NCBI GenBank assembly: GCA_052390035.1
Contig: JBQTHI010000012.1
Span: 13,038 to 77,037, forward strand
DNA length: 64,000 nt
Direction: 5' to 3'
DNA from: Actinomycetota bacterium
GTDB taxonomy: Bacteria > Actinomycetota > Acidimicrobiia > Spongiisociales > ZC4RG35
Shown: positions 41,562 to 51,031 of the stretch, piece by piece
How positions within the stretch are numbered: position 1 is the first letter of the stretch
Layout of the letters: each line of letters starts with the position of its first letter
Program-made: the position numbers and the translations under genes
Notes under the pieces: generated by a model
The model's database searches: none
Seen by the model: the letters and a program-made list of their open reading frames with translations, nothing else
Told to the model about the DNA's origin: nothing

Positions 41562-42469
41562 ATGTGGACTTGACGACGACGGTGGGGCCAATCGACCTCC
41601 GGTCCCCATTGGTAGCAGCTTCCGGAACGGTGGGCTCGGTCGTGGAACTCGATGGCATCGCCGACCTTTCGGCTTACGGGGCGGCGGTAGCTAAGAGCGT
41701 CAGCGGCGAGGCGTGGCACGGTCGGGCGGCTCCGCGCTTGGCCCCGGCCGGGGTCGGCATGCTCAACGGGATCGGAATTCAGAATCCCGGCATCGACTCG
41801 TGGGTATCGGAAATGACACCTCGTCTTGGTGCACTGGCGGTGCCGGTGTGGGGTTCGGCGGTGGGGACCACCCCAGAAGAGTTCGCCCGGGTCGCCCGGG
41901 GACTTGAGCAGGCCGGAGTTTCAGCGGTCGAGATCAATCTGTCATGCCCCAATCTCGCCGGCCATCTCTTTGCCCTTGACCCCGAAGCTTCCGGTCAAGT
42001 GGTCAGCGAGGTACGGGCGGCGGTGCAGCTACCGATCGGGGCGAAGTTGTCACCCAATACCGCCGATCCAGTGCCGGTGGCGGCTGCCTGCGGGTTGGCT
42101 GGGGCGAATTGGGTGACGTTGACCAACACGATCTGGGGCGCCGGCATCGACTCCGACACTCGCCGGCCTTTGTTGTCGGGAGTGGTCGGTGGCTACTCGG
42201 GGCCGCCACTAAAGCCGATCGCGCTGCGCTTTGTGATCGAAGTGAGCCGGTCGCTTCCCGATCTGCCCATTGTCGGATGTGGAGGCGTGTCGACCGGTCG
42301 TGATGTGGTCGAATATCTCCTGGCTGGCGCGAGGGCGGTGGCTGCCGGGACTGTCCATCTGGCCGAGCCGAGGGCAGGGCGGCGGATCATCGAGGAGCTC
42401 CGCCGGTGGATGCTCCGTCATCGGGTCGAGACGGTGGCGGAGTTGATCGGGGCGGTGGAGGAGTGGTGA
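41558..42469 (+). CDS. pyrD: dihydroorotate dehydrogenase, class 1 type
   Basis: [41 protein letters not shown] and IVGCGGV. There is no N-terminal membrane helix. The GTG at 41558 overlaps the carB stop (GTGA). Confidence 0.85.
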   Translation: MNVDLTTTVGPIDLRSPLVAASGTVGSVVELDGIADLSAYGAAVAKSVSGEAWHGRAAPRLAPAGVGMLNGIGIQNPGIDSWVSEMTPRLGALAVPVWGSAVGTTPEEFARVARGLEQAGVSAVEINLSCPNLAGHLFALDPEASGQVVSEVRAAVQLPIGAKLSPNTADPVPVAAACGLAGANWVTLTNTIWGAGIDSDTRRPLLSGVVGGYSGPPLKPIALRFVIEVSRSLPDLPIVGCGGVSTGRDVVEYLLAGARAVAAGTVHLAEPRAGRRIIEELRRWMLRHRVETVAELIGAVEEW

Positions 42470-43224
42470 AGTTTGAGAATTCTCCGCTAGCCAATCCGCT
42501 GCTGGTCGCCCTCGACTTCTCCTCGGCCGAAGAGGCGGTGCGTCACGCCGAACGGCTCGCCCCGTGGGTGGGTGGTTTCAAGATCGGTCTCGAGCTTCTC
42601 ATGGGTCCCGGACCAGCCGTGGTGGCGGCTGTGCGTTACCTGGGAAAGCCCCTCTTTGTGGATGCCAAGCTGCATGACATCCCGGCCACGGTCAAAGGCG
42701 CCGCCCGCCACCTTGGCATGCTGGGAGCGCGCTGGGTGACGGTGCATGCCGGTGGGGGAGCCGCCATGATCGACGCGGCGGTCGCAGGCCTGGCCGAGGG
42801 CGCCCGGGGCAACCAAGCCGGGATCCTGGCGGTGAGCGTACTCACCAGCCTTGATGCGGCGGGTCTCTCCAGCGTGGGCCTCGGCGGGAGCGTCGGCCGC
42901 CAGGTCGCCCGTATGGCCCGATTGGCTGCTTCGGCCGGTGCCGAAGGGATCGTGTGCCCGGTAAAGGAGCTCGGTGACGTCCACCAGGTGGCGCCAGGCC
43001 TTTTGCGGGTCAGTCCTGGCATCAGGCCGGGTGGTTCGCTCCAGGACGATCAGGTCCGGGCTGCTACCCCGTCGGAAGCGATCGCCCGCGGCGCCGATCT
43101 GATCGTGGTTGGGCGTCCCGTGACCCGAGCAGCTGATCCGGTGAAAGCTGCCAAGGCCATCCTCTCCGAAGTTGCCTTGGCTCGAGGCGGGCGACCTCAA
43201 GGAGTGAGCGCTCCGGTCGTGTAA
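42463..43224 (+). CDS. pyrF: orotidine 5'-phosphate decarboxylase
   Basis: LLVALDF, GGFKIGLEL, FVDAKLHDIPATV and IVVGRPV. A GTG start overlaps the pyrD stop. Confidence 0.85.
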   Translation: MVKFENSPLANPLLVALDFSSAEEAVRHAERLAPWVGGFKIGLELLMGPGPAVVAAVRYLGKPLFVDAKLHDIPATVKGAARHLGMLGARWVTVHAGGGAAMIDAAVAGLAEGARGNQAGILAVSVLTSLDAAGLSSVGLGGSVGRQVARMARLAASAGAEGIVCPVKELGDVHQVAPGLLRVSPGIRPGGSLQDDQVRAATPSEAIARGADLIVVGRPVTRAADPVKAAKAILSEVALARGGRPQGVSAPVV

Positions 43225-44816
43225 GTCGTGGCGGCATCCCACAAGAGGAAGTCCAAGACCCCGGCGTCGGCGGCACCTTCGATTTGGGCCCTTACCTCGG
43301 CGGTCCCATAGTCGACTCCGAGCGAGAAGTCCTGGAGCCAGACGACGACCGTGGCGCCGGTGGGGGCCAGTTGTTTCTGGAACTCGACCATCGATCGGTA
43401 GACGATGTCATAGGGCTGGGAGTTGGGGTCGGCAACGCCGTATTCTCCCGGTCCCCAGTGCGATGGGTAGACCATCGGCGCGACGTAATCGACGGTTTCT
43501 CCGATACGGGGGATGTCTTGGGCGATCTCGTGGGGGCGGGTGGCGGCGATTCCGAACACCGAGGCGCCCAGCCTGGCGCCGGCGGCGTGGATCCGGGTGC
43601 GGCTGGCGGCAAGAAACCCGACGATGGCATCGCTCGGCGTTTGATCCCCCTGACCGGGGAATCGCATCAACTCGATGTGCTGGTCGGGGCGGCGGACATA
43701 GTCGTAAAGAATGTCGTCGACCCCGAGGCGGGCGGCCTCCTCGGCGATGGCCATGTTGTACTCCCAAACCTCGGGATGGAACAGATTGGTGAACCCACCG
43801 TATTGGCCGTAAGGCGTTCCATCCGGATTCTGCACCACCAGTTCCATCCTGTTGTTGGCGATGGCCCAATTCGCCAGCTTCGGATCGCGGAATACCACCA
43901 GGCGGCCGATCACTCGTACCCCGAGGGCATGCAACTCCTTGACCACGTCGGCCAGATCCCAAAGCTCGGTGATCGCGTCGATCTCCTCGGCGAGCGTCAC
44001 CCCGGCCGGCCACCAAATCTCGCCTTGTTCATCCTTGAGGTCGATCTCGACGGTGTTGATCAGGCCGGCGGCGATCATTTCCATGATCGGGCCCTTCAGC
44101 ACCGGCGTGGCCCAGGTATAGCCCGAGGCGTGGACGCCCCGGATCGGATCGTTTCCCTCCATACCAGGAAGGGCGAGGTCGAATATCACATTTACCGAAT
44201 TGCTGTTCCCGACGTGATCTGTCGCCGTGATCGAGACTGGGGTTTCGGGCGGCGCCGGAAACTCCGCGCCGAAGCGGCCGCCCTGGGAATTCACCGGTGC
44301 GCCGCCGACGGTGACGACCGCGTCGGGATCATCGATCTCGATGAGGAGCTGGACAACTCCCACCGGCGGGACCGGTTCGCTCGGCTGAAGGATGGTTATC
44401 GATGGCGCCGTGGTGTCCACGACGAAATGTCGCTCCAACGTCACGGCCGGGGCCAGTCGCCCACGATCCGCCACCACAACCAAGGTGTGTTCGCCGTCGG
44501 GAAGCTGGCCGGCCGCAACCGATCGCTCTAATCCCTCGCCACTCACCACCAGCGAAGCGCCGTTGATGGACGCCGCCACCGATCCAACCGCCCGATCGAA
44601 GTGCAGCCGAATAGTCGGTAAAGGCTCCCGTGCACTAAAGATCTCGCCTTCCTCCAACCCACTGACCGTAACCACCGCTTGCCGTGAATAGGCCAAGAGA
44701 GGTGTGGCCACCGCCGACCCGACGATGAGGACCAGGACCGTCCAGCCACGCCGGGTCACCCGGCCCCGGCGACGTGAACGAACAGCTCGAGCGGGGGTGA
44801 GGGGAGGGGAGGTCAA
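43197..44816 (-). CDS. membrane-anchored putative glycoside hydrolase (DUF4015/GHL-type TIM barrel) with N-terminal Ig-like repeats
   Basis: N-terminal Arg-rich segment plus a TM helix, then about 200 aa of beta-rich region. The remainder, IRGVHASGYTW...NTVEIDLKDEQGEIWW...GVRVIGRLVVFRDPKLA...FHPEVWEYNMAIAEEAARLGVDDILYDYVRRP, fits the DUF4015 putative glycosyl-hydrolase pattern as I remember it. Confidence 0.6.
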   Translation of the reverse strand: MTSPPLTPARAVRSRRRGRVTRRGWTVLVLIVGSAVATPLLAYSRQAVVTVSGLEEGEIFSAREPLPTIRLHFDRAVGSVAASINGASLVVSGEGLERSVAAGQLPDGEHTLVVVADRGRLAPAVTLERHFVVDTTAPSITILQPSEPVPPVGVVQLLIEIDDPDAVVTVGGAPVNSQGGRFGAEFPAPPETPVSITATDHVGNSNSVNVIFDLALPGMEGNDPIRGVHASGYTWATPVLKGPIMEMIAAGLINTVEIDLKDEQGEIWWPAGVTLAEEIDAITELWDLADVVKELHALGVRVIGRLVVFRDPKLANWAIANNRMELVVQNPDGTPYGQYGGFTNLFHPEVWEYNMAIAEEAARLGVDDILYDYVRRPDQHIELMRFPGQGDQTPSDAIVGFLAASRTRIHAAGARLGASVFGIAATRPHEIAQDIPRIGETVDYVAPMVYPSHWGPGEYGVADPNSQPYDIVYRSMVEFQKQLAPTGATVVVWLQDFSLGVDYGTAEVRAQIEGAADAGVLDFLLWDAATTYTTGALTP

Positions 44817-44945
44817 AGAGGGTGGACGGCAGGGCTCCCCAGGGTAGCCGGGGCCGCCCCACTCGCCGAGGCGGCTCGTTCAGGTTCGCCCGGCCCCTGG
44901 GTTTCGCGTGGGCGGCGAGTGCCATAGCATGACCGGCCGCTTCCC

Positions 44946-46355
44946 ATGATCTTTCCGACGATTCAATTTGCCCTGTTCTTTGGGGTCGTGCTGACCGCCA
45001 ACTGGCTGTTGTTGCCCCATCCCCGCCGGTGGAAGGTGTTCATGCTGGCCGCCAGCTACTTCTTCTATGGATCGTGGGATTGGCGCTTCATGGGCCTGAT
45101 CGCCTTCACCACGATTGTCGACCCCACGGTGGGGGGCGCCATCCACCGAGCAAGAGACGAACGGCGCCGCCGCCGGATTCTCACCCTCGGATTGGTTATC
45201 AGCCTCGGTGTTCTCGCCTACTTCAAGTACTACGACTTCTTTGCCAGCTCCCTGATCAACCTCTTCCGGCCGCTGGGCCTCGACCTCCCGCTACCGATAG
45301 TCGAGATCATCCTGCCGGTGGGGATCTCGTTTTACACCTTCCAATCCCTCAGCTACGTAATCGACATATACCGAGGGAAATTGGCACCGGTTCCCCTGCT
45401 CGACTTCGCGGTGTTCGTGTCGTTTTTTCCCCATGTCGTGGCCGGTCCGATCGTCAGGGGGTCCGAGTTTCTCCCCCAGTTCCGCCACGCCCACGATCCC
45501 CGCCGGGTGCCGGGAGTCACCGCCTTTTCGTTGATCGCAGGTGGGCTCCTCAAGAAGGTTGTGGTCGCCAACACCCTCGGCACCTCGATAGTGGACCCCG
45601 TGTTTGCGTCCCCCCAGAACTTCTCGGCGCTCGAGGTGCTTGGGGCCGTCTACGGGTATGCCGTCCAGATCTACTGCGACTTCTCCGGCTACACCGATAT
45701 CGCCATCGGCCTTGCATTCTTGCTCGGATTCCGCTTCCCCCAGAATTTCAACAGGCCCTACACCGCTGTCTCCCTTCAGGACTTCTGGCGGCGATGGCAC
45801 ATGACTCTGTCCCGCTTCCTCCGCGACTACCTATACATTCCATTGGGCGGGAATCGCCGTGGCAGGGGGGCTACCTACCGGAACCTGATGATCACCATGA
45901 TCCTCGGCGGCCTATGGCACGGGGCGGCCTCCACCTTCGTACTGTGGGGTGCGCTGCACGGAGCGGTGCTCGCCTGGGAGAGGTGGCGAGAGGAACACCG
46001 TCGTCGGGCGCTTCCGAACACGGCGCTCTGGCGGGCTGGTCGGCGTCTCGTCACATTCCATGTGGTGTGCCTGGGATGGGTGTTGTTCAGGGCGGATTCG
46101 CTCGCAACCGCCGGAACCGTGCTCGGCCGCCTCGGCGAGTGGGGCCCGGCTCCGGCCCTCACCCCGGTCGTGGTCGCCCTCACCGCGATCGGGATCGCGG
46201 TCCAATACCTCCCAACCCGTTGGCGAATCGAGGCAAAAGGTGTGTTCGCCCGGCTACATCCGGTCGCGATGGTGGCGGCCCTGGGCCGGCTGTTGCTGGT
46301 CCTAGACGCTCTTGGCCCAGAGGGCGTGGCTCCCTTCATCTACTTCCAATTTTGA
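44946..46355 (+). CDS. MBOAT-family membrane O-acyltransferase (AlgI/DltB/PatA-like)
   Basis: GISFYTFQSLSYVIDIYRG, FFPHVVAGPI, NFNRPY...FWRRWHMTLSRFLRDYLYIPLGGNR and the GLWHG catalytic His region. Confidence 0.85.
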   Translation: MIFPTIQFALFFGVVLTANWLLLPHPRRWKVFMLAASYFFYGSWDWRFMGLIAFTTIVDPTVGGAIHRARDERRRRRILTLGLVISLGVLAYFKYYDFFASSLINLFRPLGLDLPLPIVEIILPVGISFYTFQSLSYVIDIYRGKLAPVPLLDFAVFVSFFPHVVAGPIVRGSEFLPQFRHAHDPRRVPGVTAFSLIAGGLLKKVVVANTLGTSIVDPVFASPQNFSALEVLGAVYGYAVQIYCDFSGYTDIAIGLAFLLGFRFPQNFNRPYTAVSLQDFWRRWHMTLSRFLRDYLYIPLGGNRRGRGATYRNLMITMILGGLWHGAASTFVLWGALHGAVLAWERWREEHRRRALPNTALWRAGRRLVTFHVVCLGWVLFRADSLATAGTVLGRLGEWGPAPALTPVVVALTAIGIAVQYLPTRWRIEAKGVFARLHPVAMVAALGRLLLVLDALGPEGVAPFIYFQF

Positions 46356-46357
46356 CC

Positions 46358-47332
46358 ATGGGGCGTGAACCGCGACATGTTCCGATGATGCCTGCCGGCG
46401 AGGTGGTCCTGGTCAGTCTGGTGGCCCTGATGATCGGGTTGGTTCTAAATGCCCCCGACATCCTGGAAACCGCCAACCGTCAGGAGGAAGGCTGGCAACG
46501 GCGATTCGGAGTCGCCGCTACCAAGCCGTTCGCCTGGTTCAGCCACACCATCTTCTTCGACCGGCCCCACAACCTCATCGATACGGCACTGGGCAGATCG
46601 AGTGGCGAGTCACCTTCCGTCCCCTCCACAACGACGACGATGGTGGCGGCGCCGAGCACAACTACCACGGTTCCGGCCCGGCGCGCCATCACCCCCTCCC
46701 AACCGCTTCGCCTGTTCATCGGCGGCGATTCAATGGTCGGCCAGTTCGGCCCGATGCTGGAAAACGTGGCCGAAGAAAATGGTCAGGTGGAGGTGACCGA
46801 GGTGCTCTACGAGTTCTCCTCCGGCATCACCCGTCGCGACTTCGTCGACTGGCCCGCCCGCCTGCGACAGATCAGTATCGCCCAGGATCCGGAGGTGCTG
46901 GTCCTCTTCCTTGGGGGCAACGATGCCCAAGCCATCCAAGTTGACGGTGCTTGGCACAATTTCGGAACTCCCGAATGGACGGCGGAATACCACAAGCGGG
47001 TCGGAGATCTGATGGCTGAGCTAGCCGCCGACGGTCGGGAGGTCTACTGGGTCGGGCTGCCCATCGTTCGATCCGAGGAGTTCCGAGAGAAGGTGGCGGT
47101 CATGAACGAGATCTACCGATCGGAGGCCGACCGGTTCGAGGAGGTGACGTTCATCGATAGCTGGCCGCTGTTCACCGGTCCCGATGGCGGATACTCCGAG
47201 TACCTGACGGACGAGAGAGGCAACCTCATCGATATGCGCCTCAACGATGGCATCCACCTCACCACAGCAGGTGCCATCAGGTTGGCCGGAGTAGTGTACG
47301 AGGCCATAGCCACGGCGTGGAATATCGGCTGA
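46358..47332 (+). CDS. membrane-anchored SGNH/GDSL-family hydrolase-acyltransferase (DUF459/AlgX-PatB-like partner)
   Basis: N-terminal TM helix, Thr-rich linker, then block I IGGDSM, block III LGGND and block V NDGIHLT (DxxH). It starts 2 nt after the MBOAT stop. Confidence 0.7.
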   Translation: MGREPRHVPMMPAGEVVLVSLVALMIGLVLNAPDILETANRQEEGWQRRFGVAATKPFAWFSHTIFFDRPHNLIDTALGRSSGESPSVPSTTTTMVAAPSTTTTVPARRAITPSQPLRLFIGGDSMVGQFGPMLENVAEENGQVEVTEVLYEFSSGITRRDFVDWPARLRQISIAQDPEVLVLFLGGNDAQAIQVDGAWHNFGTPEWTAEYHKRVGDLMAELAADGREVYWVGLPIVRSEEFREKVAVMNEIYRSEADRFEEVTFIDSWPLFTGPDGGYSEYLTDERGNLIDMRLNDGIHLTTAGAIRLAGVVYEAIATAWNIG

Positions 47333-47354
47333 ATCGTCCGATTACATTCGCCAA

Positions 47355-48614
47355 GTGACCCCGACTCCCGTCGCCGACCTCCGTTCGACCGCCCAGATCC
47401 AGCGAAGGATCCTCACGACTTTGATGGTCAGCCAGACCTTTGGCTCGGCCGCCAACATAACCGTGGCAGCCATCCTCGCCTTGCTCGCCGCCGAGATGAC
47501 AGGCCAGGATCGGCTGGCGGGGATACCCGCCGCCGTCCTCACCCTCGGCACTGCATTGATTGCCGGACCCCTTGCCCGCCGGGCTTCCCGTAAGGGACGG
47601 CGACCAGCCCTCTGGACCGGGTATCTGTTTGGGGTTGCCGGTGCTGGCCTGGGGGTGCTGGCGGGACAGATGGGCGCCTTTCTGCTGCTGCTGGCGGCCA
47701 TGTTCATATTCGGCGGAGGACAGGCGGCCGGCCTCCAGACCCGGTTCGCCGCCGCCGACCTGGCCGAGCCGGAACATCGGGCTAAGGCCATCTCGTTGGT
47801 GGTTTGGGTGTCTGCCCTAGGTGGTGCCCTCGCCCCCGGCCTGGCCGAATCCCAGAACCGTTGGGGGGCAGAGTTCGGATTACGGCTGTGGGTAACCCCG
47901 GTGCTGGTAGCAGGGGTCCTGTTTGGAATAGCCGGTTGGGTGGTGGCCGGCTGGCTTCGCCCCGAGCGACTGCGTGTCGGAAAGGAGCGACAGGCCAAGG
48001 CTGCTGCCGTGCATCATCGGTTCGGCGCCACTGTTCGGGAGGTAGCCGGACATCCGCGGGCGATCCTGGCAGTCGCCACCCTGGGGATAACGCAGGCCGC
48101 CATGGTAGGAGTGATGGTGATGACGCCCCTTCACATGCGGGACCACGGTCAAGCGGGGCTGGCCGGGTGGGTGATCGGTTTTCACGCGGTGGGGATGTTT
48201 GGTCTCGCCCCTCTTGTTGGAAGAGCCATCGACCGCTGGGGACCGCTCAATGGGATTCGAGCGGGAAGCGTGATACTGGTCTCTGGGGTGCTCACCGCCG
48301 TCATCGCTGGATATCAGCCGGTGTTGATCTTCGCCGGACTGTTTCTCCTCGGCCTGGGTTGGAGCTTTGGGCTGATCTCCGCATCGAGCCTTCTAATCGG
48401 GGCGGTCGCCGAAGAATTTCGGGTGACCGCTCAGGGCTTTTCGGATGCGTTGCTCAGCGTGCTGGCTGGGTTGGCGGCTTTGACCTCAGGCTTGATCAAA
48501 CAATCGATCGGTTATCACTGGCTGGCGAGCTTCTCGGCCGTGGCGGTGGCTGGCCTGGTGTTGGCCGCGGGTCTGGTTTCAAAACGACCCGTGGAACGGC
48601 CCGCAGTCCTTTGA
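47355..48614 (+). CDS. MFS transporter
   Basis: About 12 predicted TM helices and the loop 2-3 motif GPLARRASRKGRRPAL (G-x3-D/R-R-x-G-R-R type). Confidence 0.75.
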   Translation: MTPTPVADLRSTAQIQRRILTTLMVSQTFGSAANITVAAILALLAAEMTGQDRLAGIPAAVLTLGTALIAGPLARRASRKGRRPALWTGYLFGVAGAGLGVLAGQMGAFLLLLAAMFIFGGGQAAGLQTRFAAADLAEPEHRAKAISLVVWVSALGGALAPGLAESQNRWGAEFGLRLWVTPVLVAGVLFGIAGWVVAGWLRPERLRVGKERQAKAAAVHHRFGATVREVAGHPRAILAVATLGITQAAMVGVMVMTPLHMRDHGQAGLAGWVIGFHAVGMFGLAPLVGRAIDRWGPLNGIRAGSVILVSGVLTAVIAGYQPVLIFAGLFLLGLGWSFGLISASSLLIGAVAEEFRVTAQGFSDALLSVLAGLAALTSGLIKQSIGYHWLASFSAVAVAGLVLAAGLVSKRPVERPAVL

Positions 48615-48656
48615 ACGCTGCCTCGTGGGAGGAAACAGCGGGTTTACCATCCGGCC

Positions 48657-48977
48657 ATGGAGCCGCCTACCCCACCGGTCAGCACCCCAGAACAGCGGGC
48701 CGCCGCCCTCGCCAAGGCCGGCGAAGCACGAAGGATCCGTGCCGAAATCAAAGAGCTCCTCAAAACCGGAACCCTCTCCTTATCCGAGGTCCTGGCGAAG
48801 GCGCAGACCGATGACTACGTCGGTGGGATCAAGGTGGAGTCGGTGCTCGAGTCGATGCCTGGACTCGGAAAGATAAAGGCCAAACGCCTTATGGAGCGTC
48901 TCGGCATCGCTTCCAACCGCCGACTGCAAGGACTGGGAGATCGGCAGCGGGACGCCCTCATCAGTGAGACCTCCTGA
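48657..48977 (+). CDS. mihF: actinobacterial integration host factor (mIHF)
   Basis: EQRAAALAKAGEARRIRAEIKELLKTG and VESVLESMPGLGKIKAKRLMERLGI. It has the conserved position before gmk-rpoZ. Confidence 0.8.
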   Translation: MEPPTPPVSTPEQRAAALAKAGEARRIRAEIKELLKTGTLSLSEVLAKAQTDDYVGGIKVESVLESMPGLGKIKAKRLMERLGIASNRRLQGLGDRQRDALISETS

Positions 48978-49545
48978 ACCCGACCCGATCGGCAATGGGG
49001 GTCGATTGTTCGTCATCTCGGGTCCATCAGGGGCAGGAAAATCTTCGGTCGTTCGTGGACTCAAAGACCGTCGGCCCTTTTACTTTTCAGTTTCGGCCAC
49101 CACCCGCCTGCCACGACCCGGCGAGAAACATGGCGTCCATTATTGGTTCGTCGAGCCCACCGACTTCGCGGCGTTGATCGCCGACGACGACCTCCTCGAG
49201 TGGGCCGAATACAACGGTCACCGTTATGGCACGCTCCGCCAACCAGTGCTGGAACGCCTGACGGCGGGGGACGATGTGTTGCTCGAGATCGAGGTGCAGG
49301 GCGCCCGTAAGATCCGACTCACGCACCCCGCGGCGGTCATGTTCTTTGTGATGCCGCCCACGCTCGCAGATCTAGGCGAGCGACTGCGACGAAGAGGCGA
49401 TACTGCGGAAGAAGAAATCGACCGACGCCTCCAGATCGCTCGCCGGGAGATCGAACAGGCGGAGGGGCTCTTCGATCACACCGTGATCAACGACGACCTT
49501 TCCCGTTGCATCGACGAGATCGACCGACTCATGGAATCGGCGTGA
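48964..49545 (+). CDS. gmk: guanylate kinase
   Basis: P-loop GPSGAGKSS, TTRLPRPGE, HYWFV and YGT. Confidence 0.9.
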   Translation: MRPPEPDPIGNGGRLFVISGPSGAGKSSVVRGLKDRRPFYFSVSATTRLPRPGEKHGVHYWFVEPTDFAALIADDDLLEWAEYNGHRYGTLRQPVLERLTAGDDVLLEIEVQGARKIRLTHPAAVMFFVMPPTLADLGERLRRRGDTAEEEIDRRLQIARREIEQAEGLFDHTVINDDLSRCIDEIDRLMESA

Positions 49546-49597
49546 GACTCGTTCAGGGTTAGAATCCGGGTGTCCATCTCCTACCCAATGGTTCAAC

Positions 49598-49819
49598 ATG
49601 AAAATCGAAACCGTCATCGACACGATCGGCAATAGGTTCGCCACCGTGGTGGTCGCCGCCCGCCGGGCCCGCCAGATCAATGCTTATTACTCGCAGCTGG
49701 GCGGTGGGATAGGGGAGTACATCCCGCCCCAGGTCAACACGCTCTCCCGGAAGCCGCTCACCATCGCCATGGAGGAGATTGCCGAAGGCAAGGTGACCGC
49801 CGAAACGGCTGAGAGCTGA
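49598..49819 (+). CDS. rpoZ: DNA-directed RNA polymerase subunit omega
   Basis: NRFATVVVAARRARQI and KPLTIAMEEIAEGKV. 73 aa, in the conserved position. Confidence 0.85.
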   Translation: MKIETVIDTIGNRFATVVVAARRARQINAYYSQLGGGIGEYIPPQVNTLSRKPLTIAMEEIAEGKVTAETAES

Positions 49820-49826
49820 CCGCAGC

Positions 49827-51020
49827 GTGGCCGGGCTGACCGGTAGGCGGATCGTTCTTGCCGTCACCGGAGGAGTGGCCGCCTATAAATCGGCGATTTT
49901 GACCCGAAGGCTGGTTGAGGCCGGCGCCCGGGTGCGGGTGGTGCTGTCCGACGAGGCAGTTAACTTCATCGGGCCCACCACCTTCTCAGCCTTGACTGGT
50001 GAGACAGTGGTCCGCGGCCTCTTCAACGCCGACCTGGTCAGCCCGCACACCGACCTTGGCCGCTGGGCCGACCTGGTCGTCGTTGCGCCGGCGACTGCCG
50101 CCACACTTGGCCGGCTAGCCCACGGGATATCGGAGGAGGTGGTGAGCGCCACCCTCCTGGCTACCCGGGCACCGGTTCTGATTGCGCCGGCCATGCACAC
50201 AGAGATGTGGGAACACCCGGCGACCGTGCGCAACCTTGAGCAATTGAGAAAAGATGGGCACCACATCGTCGGACCAAGCGAAGGAGCGCTGGCGGGGGGT
50301 GACCACGGGATAGGGCGTATGGCCGAGCCGGAGGAGATTCTGGCGGCGATCGAGGCGGCCCTGGCTGGACCGCTGCAGGGGTGGCGAGTTCTGGTGACCG
50401 CCGGTGGAACACGCGAGGCGCTGGATCCGGTCCGTTACATTGGGAACCGATCGTCCGGGAAGATGGGACATGCGATAGCCAACGAAGCGTCGCGACGAGG
50501 CGCCGGTGTTGTGTTGGTGACTGCCAGCGATCAACCGGTGGATGGTGACATCGACGTGGTGAGGATCGAGTCGGCTCAGGAGATGGCCGAGGCGTGCGCC
50601 CGAGTCGAACCAGACGTGGCAGTGATGGCGGCGGCGGTCGCCGACTTTCGTCCCTCCACGGTTGCCGAAACCAAGCTGGCTCGGTCGGCGGGTCTGCCGG
50701 TGATCAATCTGGAGAAGACGCCCGACATACTTGCCTCGATCGGTGCTCGCCGTCCGCGCCCCTTCATAGTCGGGTTTGCGGCAGAAACCGGAAACCTCGA
50801 GCGGGCGATCGAAAAGGCGGCAAGCAAAGGGGTGGACTTGATGGTGGCCAACGACGTAAACGAGCCCGGGGCAGGCTTTGTCGTCGACACCAACCGTGTC
50901 TCGATCATCTTCCCGGACGGTTCAATCGAGGACTGGCCGTTGATGTCCAAAACAGAAGTGGCCAAGCGCCTATGGGACATGGTGCAGGAGAGGATCGGCG
51001 CCCGGCAGGGCGGTCGGTAA
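49827..51020 (+). CDS. coaBC: bifunctional phosphopantothenoylcysteine decarboxylase / phosphopantothenate--cysteine ligase
   Basis: Flavoprotein half ([21 protein letters not shown]) plus CoaB half ([32 protein letters not shown]). Confidence 0.9.
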   Translation: MAGLTGRRIVLAVTGGVAAYKSAILTRRLVEAGARVRVVLSDEAVNFIGPTTFSALTGETVVRGLFNADLVSPHTDLGRWADLVVVAPATAATLGRLAHGISEEVVSATLLATRAPVLIAPAMHTEMWEHPATVRNLEQLRKDGHHIVGPSEGALAGGDHGIGRMAEPEEILAAIEAALAGPLQGWRVLVTAGGTREALDPVRYIGNRSSGKMGHAIANEASRRGAGVVLVTASDQPVDGDIDVVRIESAQEMAEACARVEPDVAVMAAAVADFRPSTVAETKLARSAGLPVINLEKTPDILASIGARRPRPFIVGFAAETGNLERAIEKAASKGVDLMVANDVNEPGAGFVVDTNRVSIIFPDGSIEDWPLMSKTEVAKRLWDMVQERIGARQGGR

Positions 51021-51031
51021 GCTCCCCGGCC

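Noticed and set aside
40631-41719. Two overlapping minus-strand ORFs (362 and 320 aa) antisense to the carB 3' end
   Set aside because: Both are reverse frames of carB. The two frames overlap each other, which is typical of a GC3 artefact.
43284-44531. 415-aa plus-strand ORF inside the DUF4015 gene region
   Set aside because: The minus-strand frame carries a coherent signal anchor, Ig-like region and TIM-barrel-like motifs. The plus-strand product is G/R/D/V-rich with no motif.
47804-48814. 336-aa alternate-frame plus-strand ORF within and beyond the MFS transporter gene
   Set aside because: It is an Arg/Gly/Pro-rich out-of-frame product. The MFS frame shows regular TM helices, and mihF is clearly read in its own frame.
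49560-49565. TAGAAT, a near-consensus -10 hexamer 33 nt upstream of the rpoZ ATG
   Set aside because: There is no matching -35 or extended -10 and no supporting data. It could be real, but a single hexamer is insufficient.
51021-51031. Room for a SAM riboswitch before metK or T-box leaders before hisS/aspS/alaS/pheS
   Set aside because: The upstream spacers are 0-36 nt or overlap the preceding gene, which is far too short for these elements.
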